Origin: Zoogloea sp.
Lineage (GTDB): Bacteria > Pseudomonadota > Gammaproteobacteria > Burkholderiales > Rhodocyclaceae
Direction: 5' to 3'
Length of the DNA stretch: 24,000 bases
Assembly: GCF_041908905.1 (NCBI RefSeq)
Contig: NZ_JAYREK010000025.1
Coordinates: 21,904 to 45,903 of the forward strand
Part shown: positions 1 to 8,217 of the stretch, one piece after another
Layout: each line of letters starts with the position of its first letter
Numbering within the stretch: position 1 is the first letter of the stretch
Program-made: the position numbers and the translations under genes
Notes under the pieces: model-generated
The model's database searches: none
Seen by the model: only the letters and a program-made list of their open reading frames with translations
What the model was told of the DNA's origin: nothing

Positions 1-18
1 GTGCCCGCTGCCGACGCC

Positions 19-1797
19 TCAGCGCGCGGTGCCGGCCACCAGGTGCGGCCTGACCACGCCCACCGGCGTGCCCCCGTCCACCCGGAACCGGCTCACCACC
101 CGCACCAGGGCGCTGGCCTGTTCCTCGAGGGATTCCGCGGCGGCGGCGGCCTCTTCGACGAGGGCCGCGTTCTGCTGCGTGACCTCGTCCATCTGGCCGA
201 CGGCGGTGGTGATCTGCTCGATGCCCTGGGACTGCTCGCGGCTGGCGCCGGAGATCTCGCTGACCAGGCTGGAGACCTCCTGGAAACTGGCCACCAGGGT
301 CTCCATCGTGGTGCCGGCCTCGTTCACCTGGGAGGCGCCGGCCTCGATGGTGCGCACCGAGCTGCCGATGAGGGCCTTGATCTCCTGGGCGGCCTGGGCC
401 GAGCGCTGGGCGAGGTTGCGCACCTCGGTGGCGACCACCGCGAAGCCGCGCCCCTGCTCGCCGGCCCGGGCGGCCTCGACCGCCGCGTTGAGGGCCAGGA
501 TGTTGGTCTGGAAGGCGATCGAGTCGATCACCCCGATGATGTCGCTGATCTTGCTGGAGCGCTCCTGGATCTCGTTCATCGTGGCGACCACCTGCCGCAC
601 CACGGTGCTGCCGCGCATCACGTCTTCGTGGGAGCGGGTGGCCAGCGCGTTGGCCTGGCGCGCGTTGTCGGCGTTCTGGCGCACGGTGGCGTTGAGCTGC
701 TCCATCGAGCTGGCGGTCTCTTCGAGGCTGCTGGCCTGCTCCTCGGTGCGCGCCGACAGATCGGCGTTCCCCTTGGCGATCTCCTGGGCGCCCAGCAGCA
801 CCTCGTTGGACGAGGCCTTGATCTGGCGCACGATCTGCACCATCGAATCGAGCAGCGAATTGACGCCTTCCGAGAGGGATTCGAGCATGCCCGACTTGCC
901 GGCAAGGGAGATCTGGCGGGTCAGGTCGCCGGCGACGGCGGCGCTCACCACCGACAGGGTTTCCTCGACGGTCTGGCGCAGGGCTTCTTCCTCCTCGACC
1001 TGACGCGTGATGTCGGCGGCGTACTTGACGATCTTGCAGGGGCGCCCGTTCAGGTCGAGGATGGGGTTGTAGCTGGCCTGGATCCACACCTCGCGGCCGT
1101 CCCTGGCGATGCGCCGGTAGCGCCCGGTGTCGTACTCGCCGCGCCCCAGCTTGTCCCAGAAGACCTGGTAGTCGGCGCTCGCCACGTCGGCCGGGGCGAT
1201 GAAGATCGAATGATGGCGCCCGACCACCTCGGCCAGGCTGTAACCCAGCACCTTCAGGAAGTTGTCGTTGGCGGTCAGCACCTTGCCGTCGAGCCCGAAC
1301 TCGATGATCGCCTGGGACTTGCCGATGGCCGCCATCTGGCCCTCGAAGTCGGCGGTGCGCTGCTTGTCGGTGGTGATGTCGGTGGCGTACTTGACCACCT
1401 TGAAGGGCGTGCCGGCGGTGTCGATGATGGGGTTGTAGGCGGCCTGCAGCCACACCTCCCGGCCGTGCTTGCCGAGGCGCTTGAACTGCCCGGCCTGCGG
1501 CGTGCCGCCCGCCAGCTTGCGCCAGAAGTCGCGGTAGGCTTCGCCACCCACGTCGGCCGGCGGCATGAAGATCGAGTGATGGCGGCCGACGATCTCGCCC
1601 AGCTCGTAGCCCACCGCCTTCAGGAAGTTCTGGTTGGCGGTCAGGATGTTGCCGTCGAGGTCGAACTCGATCACCGCCTGGGTCTTGTCGATGGCGGCCA
1701 GCTGGCCCTTGAGGTTGGCCAGTTCCAGGGCGCTGATCGCAACCTCGTCGCCGTCGGTCGCCGCCGAGCCGCCAAACCACTTGCCGAATACGCTCAC
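19..1797 (-). CDS. Soluble methyl-accepting chemotaxis protein with two tandem PAS domains (no transmembrane segment; BdlA/Aer2-like architecture)
   Basis: 592-aa ORF. GTG start at 1797 with AAGGAA 7 nt upstream. Two ~120-aa PAS-like repeats (..[23 protein letters not shown].. and ..[23 protein letters not shown]..) precede the conserved MCP signalling hairpin [25 protein letters not shown]. No hydrophobic stretch. Confidence 0.9.
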   Translation of the reverse strand: MSVFGKWFGGSAATDGDEVAISALELANLKGQLAAIDKTQAVIEFDLDGNILTANQNFLKAVGYELGEIVGRHHSIFMPPADVGGEAYRDFWRKLAGGTPQAGQFKRLGKHGREVWLQAAYNPIIDTAGTPFKVVKYATDITTDKQRTADFEGQMAAIGKSQAIIEFGLDGKVLTANDNFLKVLGYSLAEVVGRHHSIFIAPADVASADYQVFWDKLGRGEYDTGRYRRIARDGREVWIQASYNPILDLNGRPCKIVKYAADITRQVEEEEALRQTVEETLSVVSAAVAGDLTRQISLAGKSGMLESLSEGVNSLLDSMVQIVRQIKASSNEVLLGAQEIAKGNADLSARTEEQASSLEETASSMEQLNATVRQNADNARQANALATRSHEDVMRGSTVVRQVVATMNEIQERSSKISDIIGVIDSIAFQTNILALNAAVEAARAGEQGRGFAVVATEVRNLAQRSAQAAQEIKALIGSSVRTIEAGASQVNEAGTTMETLVASFQEVSSLVSEISGASREQSQGIEQITTAVGQMDEVTQQNAALVEEAAAAAESLEEQASALVRVVSRFRVDGGTPVGVVRPHLVAGTAR

Positions 1798-1916
1798 GAT
1801 GTCATTCCTTGGATTTGGTACATTTCGTTCCCTGTGCTAACGGTTCGCGGGCCGCAGACTTGAACGGGGGGAGGCGGGTGGCAGCTTCTGCGGGCGGGCT
1901 GCCCGCTACGAGTTGT

Positions 1917-1944
1917 TTGCCTATCGGCCTCTTGCCCCTAAAAT
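1917..1944 (+). promoter_or_regulatory. Candidate sigma70-type promoter for the ATPase/TPR cassette
   Basis: TTGCCT (1917-1922), 16-nt spacer, TAAAAT (1939-1944), about 32 nt upstream of the ATG at 1976. Read by eye only, not scored. Confidence 0.3.
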
Positions 1945-1975
1945 CATGCTCTGACCAACCTTGCCGTGACCCGCC

Positions 1976-3280
1976 ATGTCCGCAGCCGACCTGCTCAAGG
2001 ATTTCTTCAATGCCCTGCCCGAGAGCGCCCAAGGGGGTGCCGACGTCAGCGGCGTTTATGTAAATCGTTCTCCCGACGACGAGCACGACCCCGTTGCCAA
2101 CCTCAAGCAATACATCCAGTGGGAGCCGCGGACGGGGGGCTGTTATCTGTTCAGCGGCCTGCGCGGTGCGGGCAAGACCACCGAACTCAATCGCCTGGTC
2201 GCCGAGTTGCGGCAGGACGGCATCGCGGCCTATTACTGCGATGCAAGCACCTACCTCAACCTCAACGACCCCCAGCTGAGCCTGGCGGAGTTGTTAATGA
2301 CGGCACTGGCCGGGCTGGCCGACGCCGTGCGGCAGGAACTGGGCCAGGACAAGCTGAACGATTCCATCTGGCAGCGCACGAAGCGCCTCTTCCAATCGAA
2401 GGTGGAGCTCAAACCCAAGCTCATCGCTCCCCTCGGCGACTCGGGGGCCTCGCTCGAAGTCGAGGCCACGCTTCAGGAAAACCCGGATTTTCGCAAGGAG
2501 CTGATCAGCTTTGCCCAGTCCTCGTCGGCATTCTTCGATGAGGCGGCAAAGTTTGCGGACGAGGTCGCAGCCACTATCCGTCGCCACACTCGACGCGAAA
2601 AGATCGTGCTGGTGGTGGACTCCCTGGAGCGTATTTCCGCGCCCTCCGGCGACGAGGCCAAGCTGTTCAACAGCCTGAAGGAGGTGTTCTTCAACGAGCC
2701 CACCCGCCTGCAGTTCGCGTCGCTGTTCGTGGTGTACTCCGCGCCGCCTTATCTCCATGCGGTGTTGCCGGGGGTCAGCAATGGCTTCTCGCAGGCAGTG
2801 GCCCTGCCCAATTTCAAGGTGATCCAGCGCGACGGTAGCCGCAACGAGGACGGCATCGGCAGGATGCGCGAGATTGTTGACCGTCGCTTTCCGCAATGGC
2901 CGCAGATCCTCGACGAGACCGTGATGAACCATCTGGCCTGGATGTCGGGGGGCAATGTGCGGCGTTTCTTCAACCTGCTGCGCACCCTGGCCCGCAAGGC
3001 AGCCTTGAGCAGGGTGGCCTTGCCGATCACGGCGGTGGACGCCCCGAGCGTCATTCATGCCCTGGCCGAAGCCGCCCAGCCGCTGCAATGGCTCACCGGC
3101 CCCGATCGGGAATGGCTCAAGCGTTTCATGGACAACGGTGACAATCCGTCCGGCCATATCAAGGACCTGGCCGCCGATCTGCCGCCCATCATCCGCCTCT
3201 TCGATCACTCCCTGGTGCTCGACTACCAGAACGGCAGCCCCTGGTATCAGGTGCCGCCGCTGGTGCGTCAACATGTCTGA
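1976..3280 (+). CDS. P-loop NTPase of the AAA+ ORC/Cdc6 / archaeal-ATPase / STAND-like type, stand-alone (no sensor or effector domain)
   Basis: 434-aa ORF. Walker A GLRGAGKTT (aa 61-69, nt 2156-2182) preceded by a VYVNR element. Walker B-like KIVLVVDSLE (nt ~2603-2629). FVVYSAPP strand (sensor-1-like). GGNVRRFFNLL arginine motif (aa 324-336) resembling the sensor-2/lid region of ORC/Cdc6-type ATPases. No convincing Shine-Dalgarno sequence. The stop overlaps the start of the next gene. Confidence 0.75.
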   Translation: MSAADLLKDFFNALPESAQGGADVSGVYVNRSPDDEHDPVANLKQYIQWEPRTGGCYLFSGLRGAGKTTELNRLVAELRQDGIAAYYCDASTYLNLNDPQLSLAELLMTALAGLADAVRQELGQDKLNDSIWQRTKRLFQSKVELKPKLIAPLGDSGASLEVEATLQENPDFRKELISFAQSSSAFFDEAAKFADEVAATIRRHTRREKIVLVVDSLERISAPSGDEAKLFNSLKEVFFNEPTRLQFASLFVVYSAPPYLHAVLPGVSNGFSQAVALPNFKVIQRDGSRNEDGIGRMREIVDRRFPQWPQILDETVMNHLAWMSGGNVRRFFNLLRTLARKAALSRVALPITAVDAPSVIHALAEAAQPLQWLTGPDREWLKRFMDNGDNPSGHIKDLAADLPPIIRLFDHSLVLDYQNGSPWYQVPPLVRQHV

Positions 3281-5126
3281 AAGCCCCGTCCAGGCTGATT
3301 TCGAGAGCATCTGGAGCGAGATCAAGCTGCTGCTGGACTGGAACCAGGGTTTCGGCTTTTACCTCGTTTTTGGCGACGACCATCGGGTGTCCCGACGCCT
3401 TCAGCAGCGTATCGAGGACGCCACCCGCCTGCGCAGCCACCTCTTGCAGCGGGTCCGCCCCGAGGCCGCCGAGGCGGCGGTGGAGGTAGTGCTCAAGGCG
3501 GCTTTCCCCGAGGGGGAGGACCGCCGCTTTCACGACTGGCGTGCGCCCCTGTGGATCGATCTGACCACTGGGCCCGACGATCAGGCCTGGGAGGCGGCAC
3601 GCCAGCAGACCCTCGCTGCCCTCAACCGCAGTCGCAGCGCCCTCGAGAGGGGTTGCCCCCGGCCACTCTTCCTGCAGTTGCCGGAGGCTATGGCCCCGGC
3701 CGTGGTCACCTGGGCCCCTGATCTGTGGAGTATCAGGCAGTTCGTGGCGGTGCTGCCTCATGATGATCGGATTTATGTGCCGGCCGAGGCAATCGATGTG
3801 AAGACCTTTCGCGAAGAAGCGGTGGAAAGTTCGCTGAAGGCGGAGCGTTTCCATCAGGAGGGGGCACTACTGTCCGCGCTAGAGTCGGCACGAGAGGTGG
3901 TCGAACGTTTTCGGGTGCTGCGCGCAAGTGTTGGCGATACGCCCCAGACGCTGCGCGATCTTTCCGTGAGCCTTGAAAGGCTCGGCGATGTTGAACTCGA
4001 TGCGGGTAATCTTCTGGCCGCGACCGCGGCCTACCGTGAATGTCTGGAACTCGACAGGCTGCGGCGGATGAGGCAGGGTGATACGCCCCAGGTTTTGCGA
4101 GATCTTTCGATTAGCCTTCAAAAGCTCGGTGATGTCCAGTGCGAAGCGGGCAACCTTTCAGTAGCGACAGAGGCTTATCGTGAAAGCCTGGAACTCTGCA
4201 GACGACTGCGGACAAGCCTGGGCGAGATCCCCCAGGCGCTGCGCGATCTCTCCATCAGTCTCCACAAGTTCGGCGATGTCGAGCGTGAGGTGGGCAATCT
4301 CCCGGCGGCTAGGGCGGCTTATCGAGAGAGTCTGGAGCTCATTAGGCAACTGCGAGTAAGCCTGGGTGACACGCCCCAGGCGCTGCGCGACCTCTCCATC
4401 AGTCTCGACATGTTTGGCGATGTCGAGCGCGAGGCGGGTAATTTCCCGGCCGCCGCGGCGGCTTATCGGGAGAGTCTGGAACTCCGTCGACAACTGCGGG
4501 CGAGCCTCGGCGATACCCCCCAGACGCTGCGCGATCTCTCCGTCAGTCTCGACCGGCTCGGCGACGTCGAGCGTCAGGCGCACCATCTCCCGTCAGCCAC
4601 GGTGGCTTACTGTGAGAGTCTGGAACTTAGCAGGCAATTACGAGCGAGTCTGGGTGATACGCCCCAGGTTCTACGCGATGTTTCCGTCAGCCTCAACAAA
4701 CTCGGTAATGTCGAGCGTGATGTGGGTAATTTATCGTCAGCCGCAGCGGCTTATCGGGAGAGTCTCCAACTCGACAGACAATTGCGGGCCAGTCTGGGTG
4801 ATTTGCCCCACGTGCTGCGCTATCTCTCAATAAATCTAAACACGCTCGGCGACTTCGAGCGCGAGGCGGGTAATTTCCCGGCCGCCGCGGCGGCTTATCG
4901 GGAGAGTCTGGAACTCCGTCGACAACTGCGGGCGAGCCTCGGCGATACCCCCCAGACGCTGCGCGATCTCTCCATCAGTCTCGACCGGCTCGGCGATGTG
5001 GAAGCCGAGATGGGCAATCCTGCCGGTGCCGAGGCGGCCCGTCTCGAGCGCCAGGAGCTTCTTGCGCAGCTCGAGCGGGTTTCGACCGAGCCACCTCCGG
5101 CGCCGGACATCGGTCAATCGCCATAG
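3273..5126 (+). CDS. Repeat protein: ~215-aa N-terminal domain of unknown function plus eight 48-aa TPR-like (alpha-hairpin) repeats
   Basis: The ORF track frame opens at 3057, but the ATG at 3273 (MSESPVQADF..) overlaps the upstream stop as ATGTCTGA (TGA 3278-3280), indicating translational coupling. 617 aa. Residues 216-599 are eight in-frame repeats with signature GDTPQxLRDLS[IV]SLxxLGDVExxxGNxxxAxxAYRESLEL. Confidence 0.8.
   Translation: MSESPVQADFESIWSEIKLLLDWNQGFGFYLVFGDDHRVSRRLQQRIEDATRLRSHLLQRVRPEAAEAAVEVVLKAAFPEGEDRRFHDWRAPLWIDLTTGPDDQAWEAARQQTLAALNRSRSALERGCPRPLFLQLPEAMAPAVVTWAPDLWSIRQFVAVLPHDDRIYVPAEAIDVKTFREEAVESSLKAERFHQEGALLSALESAREVVERFRVLRASVGDTPQTLRDLSVSLERLGDVELDAGNLLAATAAYRECLELDRLRRMRQGDTPQVLRDLSISLQKLGDVQCEAGNLSVATEAYRESLELCRRLRTSLGEIPQALRDLSISLHKFGDVEREVGNLPAARAAYRESLELIRQLRVSLGDTPQALRDLSISLDMFGDVEREAGNFPAAAAAYRESLELRRQLRASLGDTPQTLRDLSVSLDRLGDVERQAHHLPSATVAYCESLELSRQLRASLGDTPQVLRDVSVSLNKLGNVERDVGNLSSAAAAYRESLQLDRQLRASLGDLPHVLRYLSINLNTLGDFEREAGNFPAAAAAYRESLELRRQLRASLGDTPQTLRDLSISLDRLGDVEAEMGNPAGAEAARLERQELLAQLERVSTEPPPAPDIGQSP
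3918..5069 (+). repeat. Intragenic tandem array, 8 x 144 bp (48 codons), coding for the TPR-like repeats
   Basis: Unit starts read in frame at 3918, 4062, 4206, 4350, 4494, 4638, 4782 and 4926 (LRxSxGD..). Segment 4423-4564 recurs at 4855-4996 (offset 432 bp = 3 units) with a single mismatch (G4542 vs A4974). Confidence 0.9.
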
Positions 5127-5166
5127 CGCCTCGCCCCCGACAGCCTCCGCTGCCCAAGGCGAGGCG
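5127..5166. terminator. Weak candidate stem-loop between convergent genes
   Basis: CGCCTCGCC (5127-5135) pairs with GGCGAGGCG (5158-5166) across a 22-nt loop. It starts immediately after the TAG at 5124-5126. There is no U-tract, so this is not a canonical intrinsic terminator. Confidence 0.25.
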
Positions 5167-5210
5167 GGCGCCTGGTGGGCCCTGACCATCGATCCGGCCA
5201 GCGCCCCGCA

Positions 5211-6503
5211 TCACATGCCCAGATACGCCGCCCGCACCTGCTCGTCCTCGATCAGCTCGCGGCCGGTGCCGGTGAGGGTGATGCTGCCCGTCTCGAGCAC
5301 ATAGCCCCGGTCGGCGATGGCCAGCGCGGAGAAGGCGTTCTGTTCGGCGAGGATGATCGACATGCCCTGGGCCTTGAGGGCCTTGACCACGTTGAAGACT
5401 TCCTCCACCAGCAGCGGGGCGAGGCCCATCGACGGCTCGTCGAGCAGCAGCAGCTTGGGGCGGCCCATCAGCGCGCGGCCGATGGCGAGCATCTGCTGCT
5501 GGCCGCCGGAGAGGGTGCCGGCGGGGAGCTTGCGCTTCTCCTTGAGGATGGGGAACATCGCGTAGATTTTTTCGAGGTCGCCTTCCACCTGGCCCTTGGG
5601 CTGGGTGTAGGCGCCCAGGCGCAGGTTGTCCTCGATGGACAGCGGGCCGAACACCTGGCGGCCTTCGGGTGACTGGCAGATGCCACGGCGCATGCGCATG
5701 TCGGCGCGGAGCCTGGAGAAGTCCTCGCCGTCGAAGGTGATCCGCCCGCCCATCGGCTGCACGCCGGAGAGGCTGCGCAGGAAGGTGGTCTTGCCGGCGC
5801 CGTTGGCGCCCACCAGGGCCACCGTCTCGCCGCGCCGCACCTCGAGGGAGATGCCCTTGAGGGCCTTGATGCGGCCGTAGCTGCTCTCCAGCCCCTCCAC
5901 CTTCAGCAGCACCTCGCCGACGGTGGAGCTGGGCAGGGCGCCGGCGCTGTGGGCGCCGAGGCCTACGGAGTCCGGCGCCAGGCTGGCGACCCGGTGGAAT
6001 AGCTCGCGGAAGCCGGCCTGGGCCTGGGCCCCGAACACCGGGTCGGCGTTGTCGAGGAAGGCGGCGTCGATCTCCTGCCAGTCGGCGGCGGTGAGGGCTG
6101 CCCTGGCGAGGGGGAAGACCTCGGTTTCCTCGACGCGGATGTGCTCCTCGGCGGCCTTGATGTAGGCGCGCAGGCCCTTCGCCAGCTGGGCCACCGGGGC
6201 GCCCGCGGCGAGCAGGTCGCGCAGGGCCTTGAGGTTGCCCGGGGCGTTGCGGTGGTCGGCCTGCAGGCGGTCGAGCACGGCGGCGGCCTCGGGGCTGCGC
6301 TGGCGCAGCAGGCGGAACAGGTAGTCGTCTTCCTTGGGGTGGTGGAAGTTGTCGACGAACTGCTCGAAGTAGTCGAACACCGAGCCGAGGAAGGCCGCGT
6401 CGGCCTTGCCGGCGGCCTCCATGTCGCCGATGACGCGCTCGACGGTGGTGGCCACGCGCCAGAGGTTGCGGTGCTCGTCCTTGATGATGCGGAGTGCTTC
6501 CAT
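5211..6503 (-). CDS. Hemerythrin-domain / LivF-type ABC transporter ATP-binding protein fusion
   Basis: 430 aa. The N-terminal ~170 aa carry hemerythrin-like metal ligand motifs (DEHRN, FHHPKED, ADHRN, EEHIRVEE). The C-terminal half is a branched-chain amino acid transporter LivF-like ATPase (GANGAGKTT, LSGGQQQMLAIGRAL, LLLLDEPSMGLAP). ATG at 6503 with GAGGA upstream. Confidence 0.85.
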   Translation of the reverse strand: MEALRIIKDEHRNLWRVATTVERVIGDMEAAGKADAAFLGSVFDYFEQFVDNFHHPKEDDYLFRLLRQRSPEAAAVLDRLQADHRNAPGNLKALRDLLAAGAPVAQLAKGLRAYIKAAEEHIRVEETEVFPLARAALTAADWQEIDAAFLDNADPVFGAQAQAGFRELFHRVASLAPDSVGLGAHSAGALPSSTVGEVLLKVEGLESSYGRIKALKGISLEVRRGETVALVGANGAGKTTFLRSLSGVQPMGGRITFDGEDFSRLRADMRMRRGICQSPEGRQVFGPLSIEDNLRLGAYTQPKGQVEGDLEKIYAMFPILKEKRKLPAGTLSGGQQQMLAIGRALMGRPKLLLLDEPSMGLAPLLVEEVFNVVKALKAQGMSIILAEQNAFSALAIADRGYVLETGSITLTGTGRELIEDEQVRAAYLGM

Positions 6504-6519
6504 CTTGTTGTCCTCGGTC

Positions 6520-7281
<762 letters not shown>

Positions 7282-7282
7282 G

Positions 7283-8215
7283 TTATTCAGCCTTTCCAAA
7301 CTTGGCTGCCAGCGTCGGGACGAGGCCCTTGGGCAGGAAGATCATGCACACCATCAGGATGCCGCCGAAGGCGACCGTCTCCCAGCCCTCGAAGGTGGCC
7401 AGTGCCTGGGGCAGGGCGGTGAGCAGCACCGCGCCGATCAGCGAGCCATACACCGAGGCCATGCCGCCGATGACGACCATCGTGACGAGCTCGATGGAGT
7501 GGAAGAAATCGGCCAGGTTGGGGGTCACGAAGCCGACGTAGTGGGCGGTGACGCTGCCCATCAGGCTGGCGAACACCGCCGACATCACGAAGATCGCGAC
7601 CTTGTAGCGGACCACGTCGACGCCCACCACCCGCGAGGCGACCTCGGAGCCGTGCAGCGCGCGCAGGGCGCGGCCGAAGGGCGAGTCGATGAGGTTGAGG
7701 GAGGCCCACACGCTCACCGTGAGCAGCGCGGCGACCACCCAGTACCACTGCTTGTCGCTGGTCAGCTCGAAGCCGAACAGGCCGAAGGCCGGTACCGGCA
7801 TGCCGTCGGGGCCGCCCGTCCATTGGGCCTCGTTGCGCACCGCGATGCTGATGATGATGCCGAGGCCGAGGGTGGCCATCGCCAGGTAGTTGCCCTTCAG
7901 CTTGAAGATCGGTCGGGCCACCACGGCCGCCAGCACGCCGGTGGCGACGGCGCCAGCCAGCATCGCCAGCACCGGGTTCCAGCCGAAGTGGGTGGGCAGC
8001 ACCGCCGAGGCGTAGGCGCCAATGCCGAGGAAGCCGGCGTGGCCGAGGCTGATCTGGCCGGCGAAGCCGATCAGCAGGTTGAGGCCGAGGACGATGACCG
8101 CGTTGATCGCCATGCGGATCGCCAGGTCGACGTAGAAGCTGTTGGGCAGCACGAAGGGCAGCACGGCCAGCACTGCGATGACGATGTAGAGGCCGAAATA
8201 AGCGCGCTTGTGCAT
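7283..8215 (-). CDS. livM: LivM-type branched-chain amino acid ABC transporter permease
   Basis: The ORF track frame extends to 8668, but that extension is Arg/Gly/Pro-rich and overlaps livH. The ATG at 8215 (MHKRAYFGLYIVIAVLAVLP..) sits 2 nt after the livH stop (TGACCATG). The ~310-aa product is a polytopic hydrophobic protein with the LivM-like core LNLLIGFAGQISLGHAGF. Confidence 0.9.
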   Translation of the reverse strand: MHKRAYFGLYIVIAVLAVLPFVLPNSFYVDLAIRMAINAVIVLGLNLLIGFAGQISLGHAGFLGIGAYASAVLPTHFGWNPVLAMLAGAVATGVLAAVVARPIFKLKGNYLAMATLGLGIIISIAVRNEAQWTGGPDGMPVPAFGLFGFELTSDKQWYWVVAALLTVSVWASLNLIDSPFGRALRALHGSEVASRVVGVDVVRYKVAIFVMSAVFASLMGSVTAHYVGFVTPNLADFFHSIELVTMVVIGGMASVYGSLIGAVLLTALPQALATFEGWETVAFGGILMVCMIFLPKGLVPTLAAKFGKAE

Positions 8216-8217
8216 GG

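Noticed and set aside
19-1797. The chemoreceptor considered as a third component of the ATPase/TPR cassette
   Set aside because: It is divergently transcribed, has host-like G/C-ending codon usage unlike the cassette, and has an ordinary, widespread MCP architecture. Adjacency alone does not support functional linkage.
1-1863. 620-aa ORF on the plus strand covering the whole chemoreceptor locus
   Set aside because: It is an antisense shadow frame of the MCP gene. Its composition is a low-complexity Gly/Ala/Leu/His/Asp/Arg mix with no motifs, while the minus-strand product has clear PAS and MCP signalling motifs.
3057-3272. N-terminal extension of the TPR-protein ORF (track start 3057)
   Set aside because: The extension lies entirely inside the ATPase gene in another frame, and its translation is Pro/Ser/Arg/Trp/Cys-rich. 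The ATG at 3273 forms a classic ATGTCTGA stop/start overlap.
3918-5069. Regular 144-bp periodic repeats considered as a possible CRISPR or satellite array
   Set aside because: The repeats are contiguous with no unique spacers. They stay in frame within one ORF and translate to a conserved amphipathic helical repeat. This is a coding tandem repeat, not a CRISPR array.
1798-5210. Search for mobile-element hallmarks around the cassette (integrase, transposase, tRNA target, terminal inverted or direct repeats)
   Set aside because: None was recognised by eye at either border. The cassette is reported as compositionally atypical, but not as a defined mobile element.
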